Notes: generated from the sequence alone by a model not told the origin. A stretch of DNA of 31,777 nucleotides from Parcubacteria group bacterium (GCA_003565105.1 PXDG01000050.1:1-31777); one strand, 5' to 3'. Numbered from the stretch's first letter, positions 1 through 9,511 are shown. Made by a program: numbers and translations.

Positions 1-87
1 TACATACTCTACTTTGTAAAAAATTTATTGCGCTAAATGCGTTGTGTCTGAGCGTCTCATATCCATTACTTGGAGTTGTCGTCTGGA

Positions 88-1212
88 TTATTTTTTACTA
101 GTATTGCGATATTTTGTGATATTAGCGACAATTCCAAAGGCAATAAAGAGTCCCCATAATGAAGAGCTTCCATAACTAATAAAGGGCAATGGCATACCTG
201 TTAAGGGAATTAATCGTAAGGTTGATCCGATATTAAAGAAACTTTGAATCACAAACCAGGTTATGACTCCAATAATAATATATTGGGCATAGGGTTCATT
301 CATTGGCATAGCAATTTGGATTAATCGTATAACAATACTAGAAAATAACGTCAGCAGTAAAACTACTCCAAGAAATCCTGCTTCTTCTGCAAATACAGCA
401 AAAACGGAGTCTCCAATGGGTTCTGGTACGTAGTTAAATTTTTGTCTGCTCTGATTCCACCCTACTCCAAAGAGACCTCCTGAACCTACAGCAATCAGAT
501 TTTGTCGAGAATGATATCCTGAATCAAGAATGTCGGTATCTACATCTTCCTGTAAAAAGGTGATAATTCGAGTCATTCGAAAGGGTTCCGCAAACGCAAA
601 TGATACCGCTCCTATTAATATGATTCCACTCACCAATACAATCCAGCGCAATTTTATCGGGGATTGAATAACCATACTCCCAATAATTGTCATAATCAAT
701 ACAGCTGTACTTAAATCTCGTTGAATAAACGCTACTACAAATCCTGTAAGAGCAGTAATTGTCAAAATACTAAATACGACGCCTTTTTGTACTTTTAATT
801 TCCCTAGTTTAACGAGAAGCGTCCCAATATAGAGAATAATAGAAATTTTCATAAATTCTGAGGGTTGTACAGATATAACGCCTAAATCAATCCATCGAGT
901 AGCTCCAAGTCGTTCTACTCCGATTCCTGGAACAAGCACTATGGTATTCAATATGAGAATAAAGAGAAATATAAGCGGAGACCATTTTTTCCAAAACAGG
1001 TATGGAATCGAGGAAAAAAGTGCAAAGGTAAAAATCCCAGGAAAAACACCACGCGTTAATTGCCGAGCAAAGTAAAAATAACCATTAGACGTTTCATTAA
1101 ATGAAGCAATACTACTAGCACTTTGAAGGATAATTAATCCCCAAACAACCAATATCGAAAAGCTTATGAGAAAAAATGAATCAATTCCGTCTAAAATAGT
1201 TAACCGTTTCAT
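88..1212 (-). CDS. ftsW: Cell division peptidoglycan polymerase FtsW (SEDS family)
   Basis: Multi-TM protein with SEDS motifs GATRWIDLG, VQPSEFMK, QRDLST, GSGGLFGVG, PEPIGDSVFAVFAEEAG and PLTGMPLPFISYGSSS; overlaps the murD stop (ATGA) in a dcw-type cluster. Confidence 0.92.
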   Translation of the reverse strand: MKRLTILDGIDSFFLISFSILVVWGLIILQSASSIASFNETSNGYFYFARQLTRGVFPGIFTFALFSSIPYLFWKKWSPLIFLFILILNTIVLVPGIGVERLGATRWIDLGVISVQPSEFMKISIILYIGTLLVKLGKLKVQKGVVFSILTITALTGFVVAFIQRDLSTAVLIMTIIGSMVIQSPIKLRWIVLVSGIILIGAVSFAFAEPFRMTRIITFLQEDVDTDILDSGYHSRQNLIAVGSGGLFGVGWNQSRQKFNYVPEPIGDSVFAVFAEEAGFLGVVLLLTLFSSIVIRLIQIAMPMNEPYAQYIIIGVITWFVIQSFFNIGSTLRLIPLTGMPLPFISYGSSSLWGLFIAFGIVANITKYRNTSKK

Positions 1213-2618
1213 ACTTGATAGTATTTCTTAACTAATTCCACAAACGTATCCCCCCTATCAAATTCATTTTGAAATTGACCAAAGCTGGTAGCTCCTGGAG
1301 AAAATAAAACTCTATCACCTGCTTGAGACTGCTGTGCGACAAAGTCGATTGCATCAGCAAGTGTTTCAACCTCTTCGACAATCTCTAATAATTGAGCTTT
1401 TGCAAGGCTTTCCTTTATCGCTTGACTGGCTTCTCCTGGTAATAGCACGATTGATTGTACCTTAGAATGAATTGCTTGAGCAAGATTCTCATAGGTGAGT
1501 CGCTTATTTTCTCCTCCACAGATGAGATGAAGTGGCTTATCTTGATAGGTCTTCAGAGCGGTAATCAGAGCTACTGGCATCGTACTAGTAGTATCATTAA
1601 TATACTCTACCTGTTCAAATTCTCCCAGTGATTCTTGCCTTCCAGAGACACCTTGAAAATTTTGTAATCCTTTCTGGATATCTATAGGTTGAATACCCAA
1701 AGAATGTGCCACAGCTATAGCCATACTTGCATTGAGTTGGTTGTGCTCTCCTCGAAGAGCAATATCATCAAATGTTGCTAACCCTTGAGTGCCTCCATAT
1801 ATAGCTCTATTACGGATGGTTATATCAGCAGTCGTGATGTTATCGTTGGTTACTGACACGCGAACAACATTCCCTGGAGCTTCATCAGCAAATTGAGCTC
1901 CATATTCTGGCTGATCAATCCAAAAAAATGCTGTATCATTTGAAGTTTGAAATTGATAAATATGCTGTTTATCAGCAACATATGCTTTCATAGAATCATA
2001 ACGATTCAAATGATCAGGGTAAATATTAGTAATGACGGCGTACTCAGGACTAATTGTCACATCAGCCAACTGAAAACTGGAGAGTTCTAGGACAATGTAA
2101 TCGAGCTCTTCAAACTGAGGTAAAATATCAAGGACGGATTTACGTACATTACCTGCTAAAGCTACTCGTTTACCCGACATTCGCAGAATTTCTGCAATCA
2201 AACTACTAGTGGTTGTCTTGCCTCGCGTCCCTGTTATTCCAATGATGGGGGGAGCCGTTGGTATCCCACGATGATACTCCAAAAATATTTGAAGATCTGT
2301 CTGGATAGAAACATTTGCTTTGTGAGCCAATTGCAGGTAAGGAGAGTCTGAAGGAATGGCAGGGTTCTTAATTACAACGTCAGCATTAGTAAAATCTTCT
2401 TTTCTATGTTCTCCCAAGACAAACCGCACGGAGCTACCCCGTGGATGAGTCTGTAGAGATTGAACACTGGACAATAAATCTTCTGCAGATTTTAGATCGG
2501 TAATAGTCACTATAGCTCCTCGATCCAGAAGATATTGAGATACGCCAAGCCCTCCTCCATTTAATCCAAATCCCATTACGGTAACATTCTTATTGGTCCA
2601 ATCCATAGTATGTATCAA
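1209..2618 (-). CDS. murD: UDP-N-acetylmuramoyl-L-alanine:D-glutamate ligase
   Basis: N-terminal Rossmann VMGFGLNGGG, P-loop GITGTRGKTTT, LELSSFQL, TNIYPDHLNRY, HNQLN, YINDTTST, and C-terminal LFSPGATSFGQFQNEFDRG typical of MurD. Confidence 0.95.
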   Translation of the reverse strand: MIHTMDWTNKNVTVMGFGLNGGGLGVSQYLLDRGAIVTITDLKSAEDLLSSVQSLQTHPRGSSVRFVLGEHRKEDFTNADVVIKNPAIPSDSPYLQLAHKANVSIQTDLQIFLEYHRGIPTAPPIIGITGTRGKTTTSSLIAEILRMSGKRVALAGNVRKSVLDILPQFEELDYIVLELSSFQLADVTISPEYAVITNIYPDHLNRYDSMKAYVADKQHIYQFQTSNDTAFFWIDQPEYGAQFADEAPGNVVRVSVTNDNITTADITIRNRAIYGGTQGLATFDDIALRGEHNQLNASMAIAVAHSLGIQPIDIQKGLQNFQGVSGRQESLGEFEQVEYINDTTSTMPVALITALKTYQDKPLHLICGGENKRLTYENLAQAIHSKVQSIVLLPGEASQAIKESLAKAQLLEIVEEVETLADAIDFVAQQSQAGDRVLFSPGATSFGQFQNEFDRGDTFVELVKKYYQV

Positions 2619-2620
2619 GG

Positions 2621-4198
2621 TTAATCTCGTGTAATAATACGCCCAGTGGACAATTTCCCTGTAAAAGCTCCTTCATTCCATACGAGATGACCATTTACAA
2701 AGACTGTTGATACTCCCTGAGCTAACTGTGATGGATGTATATAATTTGCTGATGAAGATACTTTTTCAGGATCAAATAAGACTAAATCCGCACAATATCC
2801 TTCCTTGATGAAGCCTTGATCTGAAAGTTGGTATCGTTGTGCTGGAACACTGGTAATGCGAGCGATGCTTTCTTCCCAGGATAGCTTCCCTGGTACTGGG
2901 TAAGCACCAAGAAATTGAGGAAAAGCTCCAAAGGATCTCGGATGATCAAACCTATGAGAATCAATAGATTTCTGTCCGTATCCAATTCCATCTGAACCAA
3001 TCATAGCACCCGCTTTCATAATCAAAGTATCTAAATGATCTTCGTTAATTGCCTGAACAATTACTCTCGCTTGACCGTGAGTGGCTCGTATTAAATAAAT
3101 CAAGGCCTCTTCGATACCAACACCCTGATTTTTAGCAATTTGCAAAATATTTGAACCCACAACAGTAGGCAGTGTCTCTGCCGATGAAACAATGATTCTA
3201 TGATAATCATATCCATTCGCTTTCATTTCTGCTATAACAGATTCTCGCACACTTGGTTCTTGTAACTGTTGAAGCATTTCATTTCGTCCATGCTTGGTAA
3301 TCCAAGAAGGAAGCATTACATATAAGAAGGGGTTACTTGCAACATACGGAAACGTGTCAAAAGAAATATTAATATCTGGGTTAGATTGAGCACCTGTTAA
3401 TCGCTCCAGAAAATCATCAAAAAACCGCCAATTTTTTTGTCCCATTACTTTCAAATGACTCAAATGTAACCGAACGCCTGTTTCTGCTGCTAGTTGAATA
3501 CATTCGTCTAACGCATATAATACCTCATCTCCATCATGACGCATATGGACCACGAGAATTTTATCTTTTTCATAGATTAATTCAGCCAAGTCTTTTAGTT
3601 CAGCATTCGAAACCAAGTTCATCCGACTGTAAGCAAGTCCCAAAGAGACTCCGAGGGCTCCTTGATCTAAGGCACTACTGCATATTTGTAAACTTTGTTG
3701 AACCTCCTCTGGGGTAAAGGGACGTTCTTCTGTAACCAGTGTCCGATGGATAGTAGAATATCCAACCAATGAGCCAAAGTTTATGGTTAATTGAGAAGAT
3801 CCAAGCATTGTAAAAAAATCAGCCATTGTATTCCAATTTCGATTTAAGCGATCAGTTCCTTCCCACTTACTCAATCCTTTAATTGCTTCTGTAGAAAAAA
3901 GTGGTGCAACAGAGGTCCCACAATTCCCCCCAATAATCGTAGTAACTCCTTGTGCTAATAATACGGTCATATCTGGTTCTTCGAACAATGAGCCAAATGT
4001 ATCTGCATGATTCGATATATCTATAAAGCCAGGAGTAAGATACAGTCCAGTCCCATCGATTATGGTTTTTGCAGAAATGTCTCCGCTTTCGCGAAATATT
4101 TTCGATATTCGAGACTCTTTTACTCCTACGGATCCAGTGTACCGAGGAGAACCAGTCCCATCAATTATGTGTGCATTTTTAATTAGATAGTCGTACAT
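2621..4198 (-). CDS. Amidohydrolase, N-acyl-D-amino-acid deacylase (D-aminoacylase)-like
   Basis: IKNAHIIDGTGS start, PGFID-x-x-x-H, QGVTTIIGGNCG, VHMRH, LSHLK, IGSDG, HPRSFGAFP, G-I-EGY-ADLVLFDP; 525 aa fits the family. Confidence 0.85.
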   Translation of the reverse strand: MYDYLIKNAHIIDGTGSPRYTGSVGVKESRISKIFRESGDISAKTIIDGTGLYLTPGFIDISNHADTFGSLFEEPDMTVLLAQGVTTIIGGNCGTSVAPLFSTEAIKGLSKWEGTDRLNRNWNTMADFFTMLGSSQLTINFGSLVGYSTIHRTLVTEERPFTPEEVQQSLQICSSALDQGALGVSLGLAYSRMNLVSNAELKDLAELIYEKDKILVVHMRHDGDEVLYALDECIQLAAETGVRLHLSHLKVMGQKNWRFFDDFLERLTGAQSNPDINISFDTFPYVASNPFLYVMLPSWITKHGRNEMLQQLQEPSVRESVIAEMKANGYDYHRIIVSSAETLPTVVGSNILQIAKNQGVGIEEALIYLIRATHGQARVIVQAINEDHLDTLIMKAGAMIGSDGIGYGQKSIDSHRFDHPRSFGAFPQFLGAYPVPGKLSWEESIARITSVPAQRYQLSDQGFIKEGYCADLVLFDPEKVSSSANYIHPSQLAQGVSTVFVNGHLVWNEGAFTGKLSTGRIITRD

Positions 4199-4236
4199 AC
4201 AGACGGTATTACTTAATATTCGTTTTTATTGCTATT

Positions 4237-5301
4237 TTACAACCCAATCAACCCAATACTTAATCCTATTATACTGGTAACAATAGAAATAATCCAGAAC
4301 CTCATTACTATTTTGGGTTCAGACCACCCAATTGCTTGAAAATGATGATGGATGGGAGCAGATAGAAAAATTTTTCGCTTGAACACTTTTTTTGAAAGCA
4401 TCTGTGCAATAGAGGACCCTCCCTCGAGAAAAAAGAGAAACCCAATAATCGGTAGCAATACCATACTATTCGTCAACAAAGCAACTACAGCTAATACGGC
4501 TCCAAGAGCAAAAGCGCCTGTCCCTCCCATAAAAAATCGAGCTGGATGAATATTGAACCATAAGAATGATAACAAAGCCCCAATTAGTGTTGACATAAAA
4601 ATAGTGAGAAAGTATTTTTCTTGAGCAAAAGCTAATGTAGCCAAAGCAGCATATGGGGGGATAATGGACCCTGCTAAGAGACCGTCAAGTCCATCCGTAA
4701 TATCTACGGCATTCATAATAAAGATTACTAAGAGAATAAATATCGGGACATACCAGTATCCTACCTGAATATAGGCAGGTAGATTAAAGAGACTACTACC
4801 TGGAAGCCGAAATGAAGTCCACTCCAGACGAAAAGTAAACCAATATGCACCGAAACTAGCAATCAAAAACTGCAATCCGAGTTTGAGCTTCACTCCAAGA
4901 CCTTTAATCTTTCCAATACCTCGTATATTAGCAATGTCATCTACCATCCCAAGGAGTCCTGCGCTGACCAAAAAAAAGAGGGGTAACCACGTTTCTTCCC
5001 TGCTCCAGTTAAACACTGTTAACCCAGCAGTGATCCCCCAAAATAAAATACCTGCCATAGTAGGGGTACCTTTTTTATGCTTGTGCATTTCAGAATAGAT
5101 TGGAGAGCCAGTATTATCCCAGGACTCATCACGAATATTCTTTCCCAGCTTATTTTTATATAAAAAATCTGTTAAAAAAGGAGTTAAAGCCATTCCTAAA
5201 AAAAAGGCTAAAATAGAAAATCCAAATACTTTGCCCAAGGCAAATACCATCTCAATATCTCTGATATTACTTAAATTCATATTTTCTGCTATTATTACCA
5301 T
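4237..5301 (-). CDS. mraY: Phospho-N-acetylmuramoyl-pentapeptide transferase
   Basis: KKGTPTMAG, GMVDD, NAVDITDGLDGL, PARFFMGGTGA and APIHHHFQAIGWSEPKIVMRFWI motifs; start codon uncertain (5301, 5280 or 5250). Confidence 0.95.
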   Translation of the reverse strand: MVIIAENMNLSNIRDIEMVFALGKVFGFSILAFFLGMALTPFLTDFLYKNKLGKNIRDESWDNTGSPIYSEMHKHKKGTPTMAGILFWGITAGLTVFNWSREETWLPLFFLVSAGLLGMVDDIANIRGIGKIKGLGVKLKLGLQFLIASFGAYWFTFRLEWTSFRLPGSSLFNLPAYIQVGYWYVPIFILLVIFIMNAVDITDGLDGLLAGSIIPPYAALATLAFAQEKYFLTIFMSTLIGALLSFLWFNIHPARFFMGGTGAFALGAVLAVVALLTNSMVLLPIIGFLFFLEGGSSIAQMLSKKVFKRKIFLSAPIHHHFQAIGWSEPKIVMRFWIISIVTSIIGLSIGLIGL

Positions 5302-5309
5302 CTTTCATA

Positions 5310-5318
5310 ATTATAGCA
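5310..5318 (-). promoter_or_regulatory. Extended -10 promoter element for mraY-amidohydrolase-murD-ftsW
   Basis: TGcTATAAT on the minus strand, 8 nt before the first ATG of mraY. Confidence 0.55.
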
Positions 5319-5364
5319 TTTTTTTATATTTTTTTCATCTTTTTTACACCTTGTTAAGATGTGA

Positions 5365-5386
5365 CAGACTGTGAGAACACAGTCTG
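5365..5386. repeat. Perfect 9-bp inverted repeat in the divergent mraY/pyrH intergenic region
   Basis: CAGACTGTG-agaa-CACAGTCTG read directly. Confidence 0.7.
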
Positions 5387-5409
5387 CAATCAGTATATAT
5401 ACACAGAAA

Positions 5410-5438
5410 TTGAAAAAAGATTCATCATATGGTATACT
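5410..5438 (+). promoter_or_regulatory. Sigma70-type promoter of pyrH
   Basis: TTGAAA-N17-TATACT with a TG at the extended -10 position (TGgTATACT), 30 nt before the ATG. Confidence 0.6.
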
Positions 5439-5468
5439 CTCTCCTAGTAATCACATAAAGACTATTAT

Positions 5469-6170
5469 ATGAGTACAGACCGTCCATACATTATTTCATT
5501 GGGAGGATCACTGATTATTCCTCAAGCAACGCAACAAATCAACATTGATTATCTTGTGCAATTCAAACAATTGCTCAGCTCACACATCGCTCAAGGAAAG
5601 CGATTTTTTATTATCACTGGAGGAGGATACACTGCCCGACAGTACCAAAATGCAGGAAAACCACTAGCAGAGCTAAGTAACAGTGATCTTGATTGGCTTG
5701 GGATATATTCAACTCATCTCAATGCGCAATTTATCCGAACCATACTCAAGGAATGGAGTTATCCACACATACTCGATCGAGCAGATCAAAATTTCACTGA
5801 CATAGATCAATATCCAGTCGTGGTCTCAGGAGGATGGCATCCTGGAAACTCAACTGATTATATTGCGGTCAAAATTGCTGAAAAATACGGCGCTCAAAAA
5901 CTGATTAATCTTTCCAACATTGACTATGTCTATACCGCTGATCCAAAAGTAGATCCTGAAGCTACGCCCATTGAAACAATGACCTGGTCAGAATTTCGTA
6001 CGATGGTTGGAGATACTTGGGATCCAGGAGCTTCCGCCCCATTTGATCCCATTGCTTCCAAGGAAGCTGAACAGCAATGCATTGAGGTTGCGATTCTTAA
6101 TGGAGAGAATTTGGAGAATCTGAGCAAGTATCTTGATGAGGATGAGTTTGTTGGGACAGTAATTTCGTAA
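5469..6170 (+). CDS. pyrH: UMP kinase, archaeal/CPR-type
   Basis: IISLGGSLI, IITGGGYTARQYQ, DWLGI, SGGWHPGNSTD, NLSNIDYVYTADPK and PFDPIA match the short archaeal-type UMP kinase subfamily. Confidence 0.88.
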   Translation: MSTDRPYIISLGGSLIIPQATQQINIDYLVQFKQLLSSHIAQGKRFFIITGGGYTARQYQNAGKPLAELSNSDLDWLGIYSTHLNAQFIRTILKEWSYPHILDRADQNFTDIDQYPVVVSGGWHPGNSTDYIAVKIAEKYGAQKLINLSNIDYVYTADPKVDPEATPIETMTWSEFRTMVGDTWDPGASAPFDPIASKEAEQQCIEVAILNGENLENLSKYLDEDEFVGTVIS

Positions 6171-6175
6171 GATAT

Positions 6176-6217
6176 AAAAAGGACCCGAGTACGTTTGAGA
6201 TATCGGTTTCTTTTTGT
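6176..6217. terminator. Probable bidirectional intrinsic terminator between convergent pyrH and pilin genes
   Basis: AAAAAGGACCCGA...TCGGTTTCTTTTTG imperfect stem flanked by A and T tracts. Confidence 0.5.
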
Positions 6218-7312
6218 TTAATGAATTTCTTTGAATGAAATGTAGTTAGCTTTCACTTCTGACTCATTGAGTTCCCTATCATAAATAAGAATTTGAGAAA
6301 GGAGTCCATCCATATAGCTATGCCCTCTTCCGTCTCGACCAATATCCATATTTGACGAATTCAGATTTAGGTTTTGTGTAGTATTTGATGTTATTTGATC
6401 TTGAAGAGCTCCATCAAAATAAATTCTCATTCGTTTGATTGAATTATCAAACGTGATGGTTACTTGAGTCCATTTATTGTGGTATCCTTGCCAAGATGTA
6501 TTTAAATTCATATTATTAGTAATACGAAAGTTACTAATTCCACTTTGTCGGGCAAAGATATATGTTGCATTTGTCACATTAGATGATGGTACAAACCCAA
6601 TTATCGTTTCTTCTCTATCAGAGCGATTGACCCAAAAAGAAATACTAAAGTCTGCTGACGATAATTCTGAACGTAGTAAATCATTCAAGCGTATGAATCC
6701 ATCCGTACCATTAAAAGAAAAGACGTTTTGATTGGTGTCAAAGGTAACTCCATTTACCAAAGAAGCATGATAGTTATTATTTGTAAGATCGAACCATTCT
6801 TGACCTGTTCCAGGATATGATTCAGCTTCTTTGGGATCAAGATGAGTAATGAGACCCTCTGTAACCAGTGACTGTGTATGATTTATTCCAATCCCATTGG
6901 AATCGGTAGTATCAGCATAGACTGCAACTTGATCATTCTCAGAATGAATCCATGCAAATATTCCTGTTTCTCCTGACTCAAAAGGAGATTCAGGAATAGC
7001 TGCTAAGTACTGAGGAACGAGAGGACGAAGATCAACACAATCACTTGCTACACTTCCTTCTCCAGATGATGATGACTCTGTAGCACAGACTTCTTGGATA
7101 TCCGAAGAAAGAGTCTCTGGATATCCACCGTGATCAATCAGATATTGTTGTATGGCCTTGTGCACGGTATTTAGGTTGTTCTGAACTTCAGCGGTCCTGA
7201 CTTGGTCTAGCTGTCTCTGAGGATTAATCGCCACAATCACAATGGCAGCAAGTATTCCTATAGCTGCAATAACGAGAAGTATTTCGAGAAGAGTGAAAGC
7301 TTTTTGTTTCAT
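6218..7312 (-). CDS. Type IV pilin-like protein with C-terminal LamG/concanavalin A-like domain
   Basis: Class III signal MKQKA|FTLLEILLVIAAIGILAAIVIVAINP with Glu5; C-terminal GLITHLDP..SYPGTGQEWFDL..NGVTF..FSFNG, SISFWVN, WTQVTITFD, YFDGAL, IGRDG and ILIYDRELNESEV typical of LamG jelly-rolls. Confidence 0.85.
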   Translation of the reverse strand: MKQKAFTLLEILLVIAAIGILAAIVIVAINPQRQLDQVRTAEVQNNLNTVHKAIQQYLIDHGGYPETLSSDIQEVCATESSSSGEGSVASDCVDLRPLVPQYLAAIPESPFESGETGIFAWIHSENDQVAVYADTTDSNGIGINHTQSLVTEGLITHLDPKEAESYPGTGQEWFDLTNNNYHASLVNGVTFDTNQNVFSFNGTDGFIRLNDLLRSELSSADFSISFWVNRSDREETIIGFVPSSNVTNATYIFARQSGISNFRITNNMNLNTSWQGYHNKWTQVTITFDNSIKRMRIYFDGALQDQITSNTTQNLNLNSSNMDIGRDGRGHSYMDGLLSQILIYDRELNESEVKANYISFKEIH

Positions 7313-7344
7313 AGTTGTATGCTAATAATATTGTTTATATTATT

Positions 7345-7380
7345 ATTGTATCATACTTCTGTATCAGACATTGTGGATAA
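7345..7380 (-). promoter_or_regulatory. Extended -10 promoter of the pilin gene with a DnaA-box 9-mer at its -35 region
   Basis: TGaTACAAT at 7353-7345; TTATCCACA (minus strand) at 7380-7372. Confidence 0.45.
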
Positions 7381-7382
7381 CG

Positions 7383-8513
7383 CTAGCCAAAAATATCATA
7401 TTGCTCTCTCATAAATACTGTGCCCTCTGATTGGCGATGTTTTTTAATAGATAATATTAATCCTATCAGAAGAAATACACTAATCATTGAACTTCCTCCA
7501 TAACTCATAAAAGGTAATGGACTTCCCGTAATAGGGAGTATACCAATGTTCATCCCAATATTAATTATAATTTGTACACTTAATACAATAATTGTTCCCA
7601 CTATTATCATTCTACTAAATACATCCTGCATCTCATTCGCTAAGAAAAAAAGACGAGAAAAAAGAAGCCCTAAGATAATAAAATAGATGGATACACCTAA
7701 AAATCCCCATTCTTGAGCAAATCCTGAAAAAATAAAGTCAGTATGAACTTCTGGAACATAAGTAGCTTGAACTCCTGTGCCTACTCCCTCTCCCATCCAA
7801 CCTCCAGCTGATACAGATCGTATCGACTGTAATGTATTATACCCTGAGCCTAATGGATCTGCCATTGGATTAAAAAATGTTAAAACTCTCTGTTTTTGGT
7901 ATGGTCTTAAGACCATAGTCCAGGCAAGAAGGCTGGATACTCCTCCCATTAATAAAAGATACAACATATGAATCAGGCGAATCCCTCCTAAAACAGTCAT
8001 TCCAATCCAAATCATCATTAAAATCATAGCTGATCCAAAATCTGGTTGAATTATGATAAGTCCCACAAAAATAAATGAAGGGACTCCCGAGAAAAGAATT
8101 GACCAGAAAGAAGCCATTTTCCTATGATATGTGGCTAAATATTTAGCCATTAAAATAATACTTACAATTTTGACAAATTCAACTGGCTGGACTCCTACCC
8201 CAAAAAGAGAAATCCAGCGAGTCGCTCCTTTACTACTCTCTCCAATAGTAAGAACAAGAATTAAGCTAATTAATGCTATCCAAAAGAGCTTTCGAGAAAG
8301 ACCATGTAGGAGTCGATAGTCAAACTGAGCAATCACTAAAGCTAATCCGATTCCAAGGAGAGAGAATGTGATATGTCGCGTTACTAACCCTTGAGTGACT
8401 AATCTAACCCCAGCTGTATGAAAAGATATTAAAGTGATAGAACTCATTACTACTAATAAGCTCGCAGGAGTTAATAACATCCAATCTATGTTAGAAAAGG
8501 TTTTACGAATCAT
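7383..8513 (-). CDS. rodA: Rod shape-determining protein RodA (SEDS family)
   Basis: IDWMLL start, GATRWISLFGVGVQPVEFVK, QPDFGSA, LRPYQKQRVLTFFNPMADPLGSGYN, PEVHTDFIFS and PITGSPLPFMSYGGSS. Confidence 0.92.
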   Translation of the reverse strand: MIRKTFSNIDWMLLTPASLLVVMSSITLISFHTAGVRLVTQGLVTRHITFSLLGIGLALVIAQFDYRLLHGLSRKLFWIALISLILVLTIGESSKGATRWISLFGVGVQPVEFVKIVSIILMAKYLATYHRKMASFWSILFSGVPSFIFVGLIIIQPDFGSAMILMMIWIGMTVLGGIRLIHMLYLLLMGGVSSLLAWTMVLRPYQKQRVLTFFNPMADPLGSGYNTLQSIRSVSAGGWMGEGVGTGVQATYVPEVHTDFIFSGFAQEWGFLGVSIYFIILGLLFSRLFFLANEMQDVFSRMIIVGTIIVLSVQIIINIGMNIGILPITGSPLPFMSYGGSSMISVFLLIGLILSIKKHRQSEGTVFMREQYDIFG

Positions 8514-8528
8514 ACTTTAGGATACCTA

Positions 8529-9299
8529 TTAAAACCTGTCTATTGGGCCATCTGTTTCTCTTATAATGAATTGTCGTTGATCTAGAGTATTGGTATAGGC
8601 ATATATTGAAGTTCTTCCAATTTCGGTAAGGGGAATTTCTTCATTCCAGGCCATTTCAAATTCACGAGAGGTTCCCGTTAACACATCTCTTACAAAGGTT
8701 TGATTTACCGCAATAATATCTCCTGAGTTATCCTCAATTACCGCAATCAAATCAATAACTCTGAGTCCATATGGACTTTGATTACTCACAATACCATTAG
8801 CAGTAAAAAATTGGCCTACTCTACTTGAAGATCCTACTTGTACATTACGGACAATCAATTCTGGAAGATCAAAACGCGATAATTGTCCCCATTGATACCC
8901 TTCTTGAATCTGAAAGTCAACGAGCTGATAATCTAATATCGGATAATTTAGAGATAATATAAACTTCTCTCGATTTCCAGGTAGTATATATGAAATTCCT
9001 GAAACTGTTTGTTCCTGACCGTCAGGATTCTCTAGTATAAAATTATATCGAAACTCTTGAACCCCAAATTGATCATTGGGATTAGAAATTCTGGCAATAA
9101 GATCAGCCTGACCATTGTCAAGAATAAGCATCTGAGTATCTAAAATCTGCAAGGGATTTGGATTTACTACAACCTCTGGTTCTTCTTCTGGAACTGCAGG
9201 CCATAAAGCAAAGCTTAATGTTCCCACAAAAAAGAGAGCTATTAAAATGTATACGCTAGCGATAATGGTTTGCTTTGTTTTCCGTTGAGATGTAGTCAT
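8529..9299 (-). CDS. Membrane-anchored protein with two tandem Ig-like/FxLYD-like domains
   Basis: One N-terminal TM helix followed by two similar beta-rich units (ARISNPND..F.YNFILENPDG and NGIVSNQSPY..DLIAVIEDNSGDIIA); own TGaTATAAT at 9332-9324. Confidence 0.6.
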   Translation of the reverse strand: MTTSQRKTKQTIIASVYILIALFFVGTLSFALWPAVPEEEPEVVVNPNPLQILDTQMLILDNGQADLIARISNPNDQFGVQEFRYNFILENPDGQEQTVSGISYILPGNREKFILSLNYPILDYQLVDFQIQEGYQWGQLSRFDLPELIVRNVQVGSSSRVGQFFTANGIVSNQSPYGLRVIDLIAVIEDNSGDIIAVNQTFVRDVLTGTSREFEMAWNEEIPLTEIGRTSIYAYTNTLDQRQFIIRETDGPIDRF

Positions 9300-9511
9300 A
9301 ATATATGCTATGCTATTTCATTTATTATATCATATTTTGGGAGAGTATTTATCGTTTTGAAGACAAAAGGTGTTCTGTATCGAAACCTTTACGGTTAGAT
9401 AATATATCTTACAATATGATTGATATACCTTCCGCCCAGAGGACAAGTGAGGTTCCATGTATTTGTAACGGCGACTACCGTGTCGCCAGTATTTTTTAAT
9501 AGTAACATAAA

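Noticed and set aside
1-87. Start of a downstream gene (e.g. murG) at the left window edge
   Set aside because: Only a 13-codon ORF and an ATG at the extreme edge; not enough sequence to support a call.
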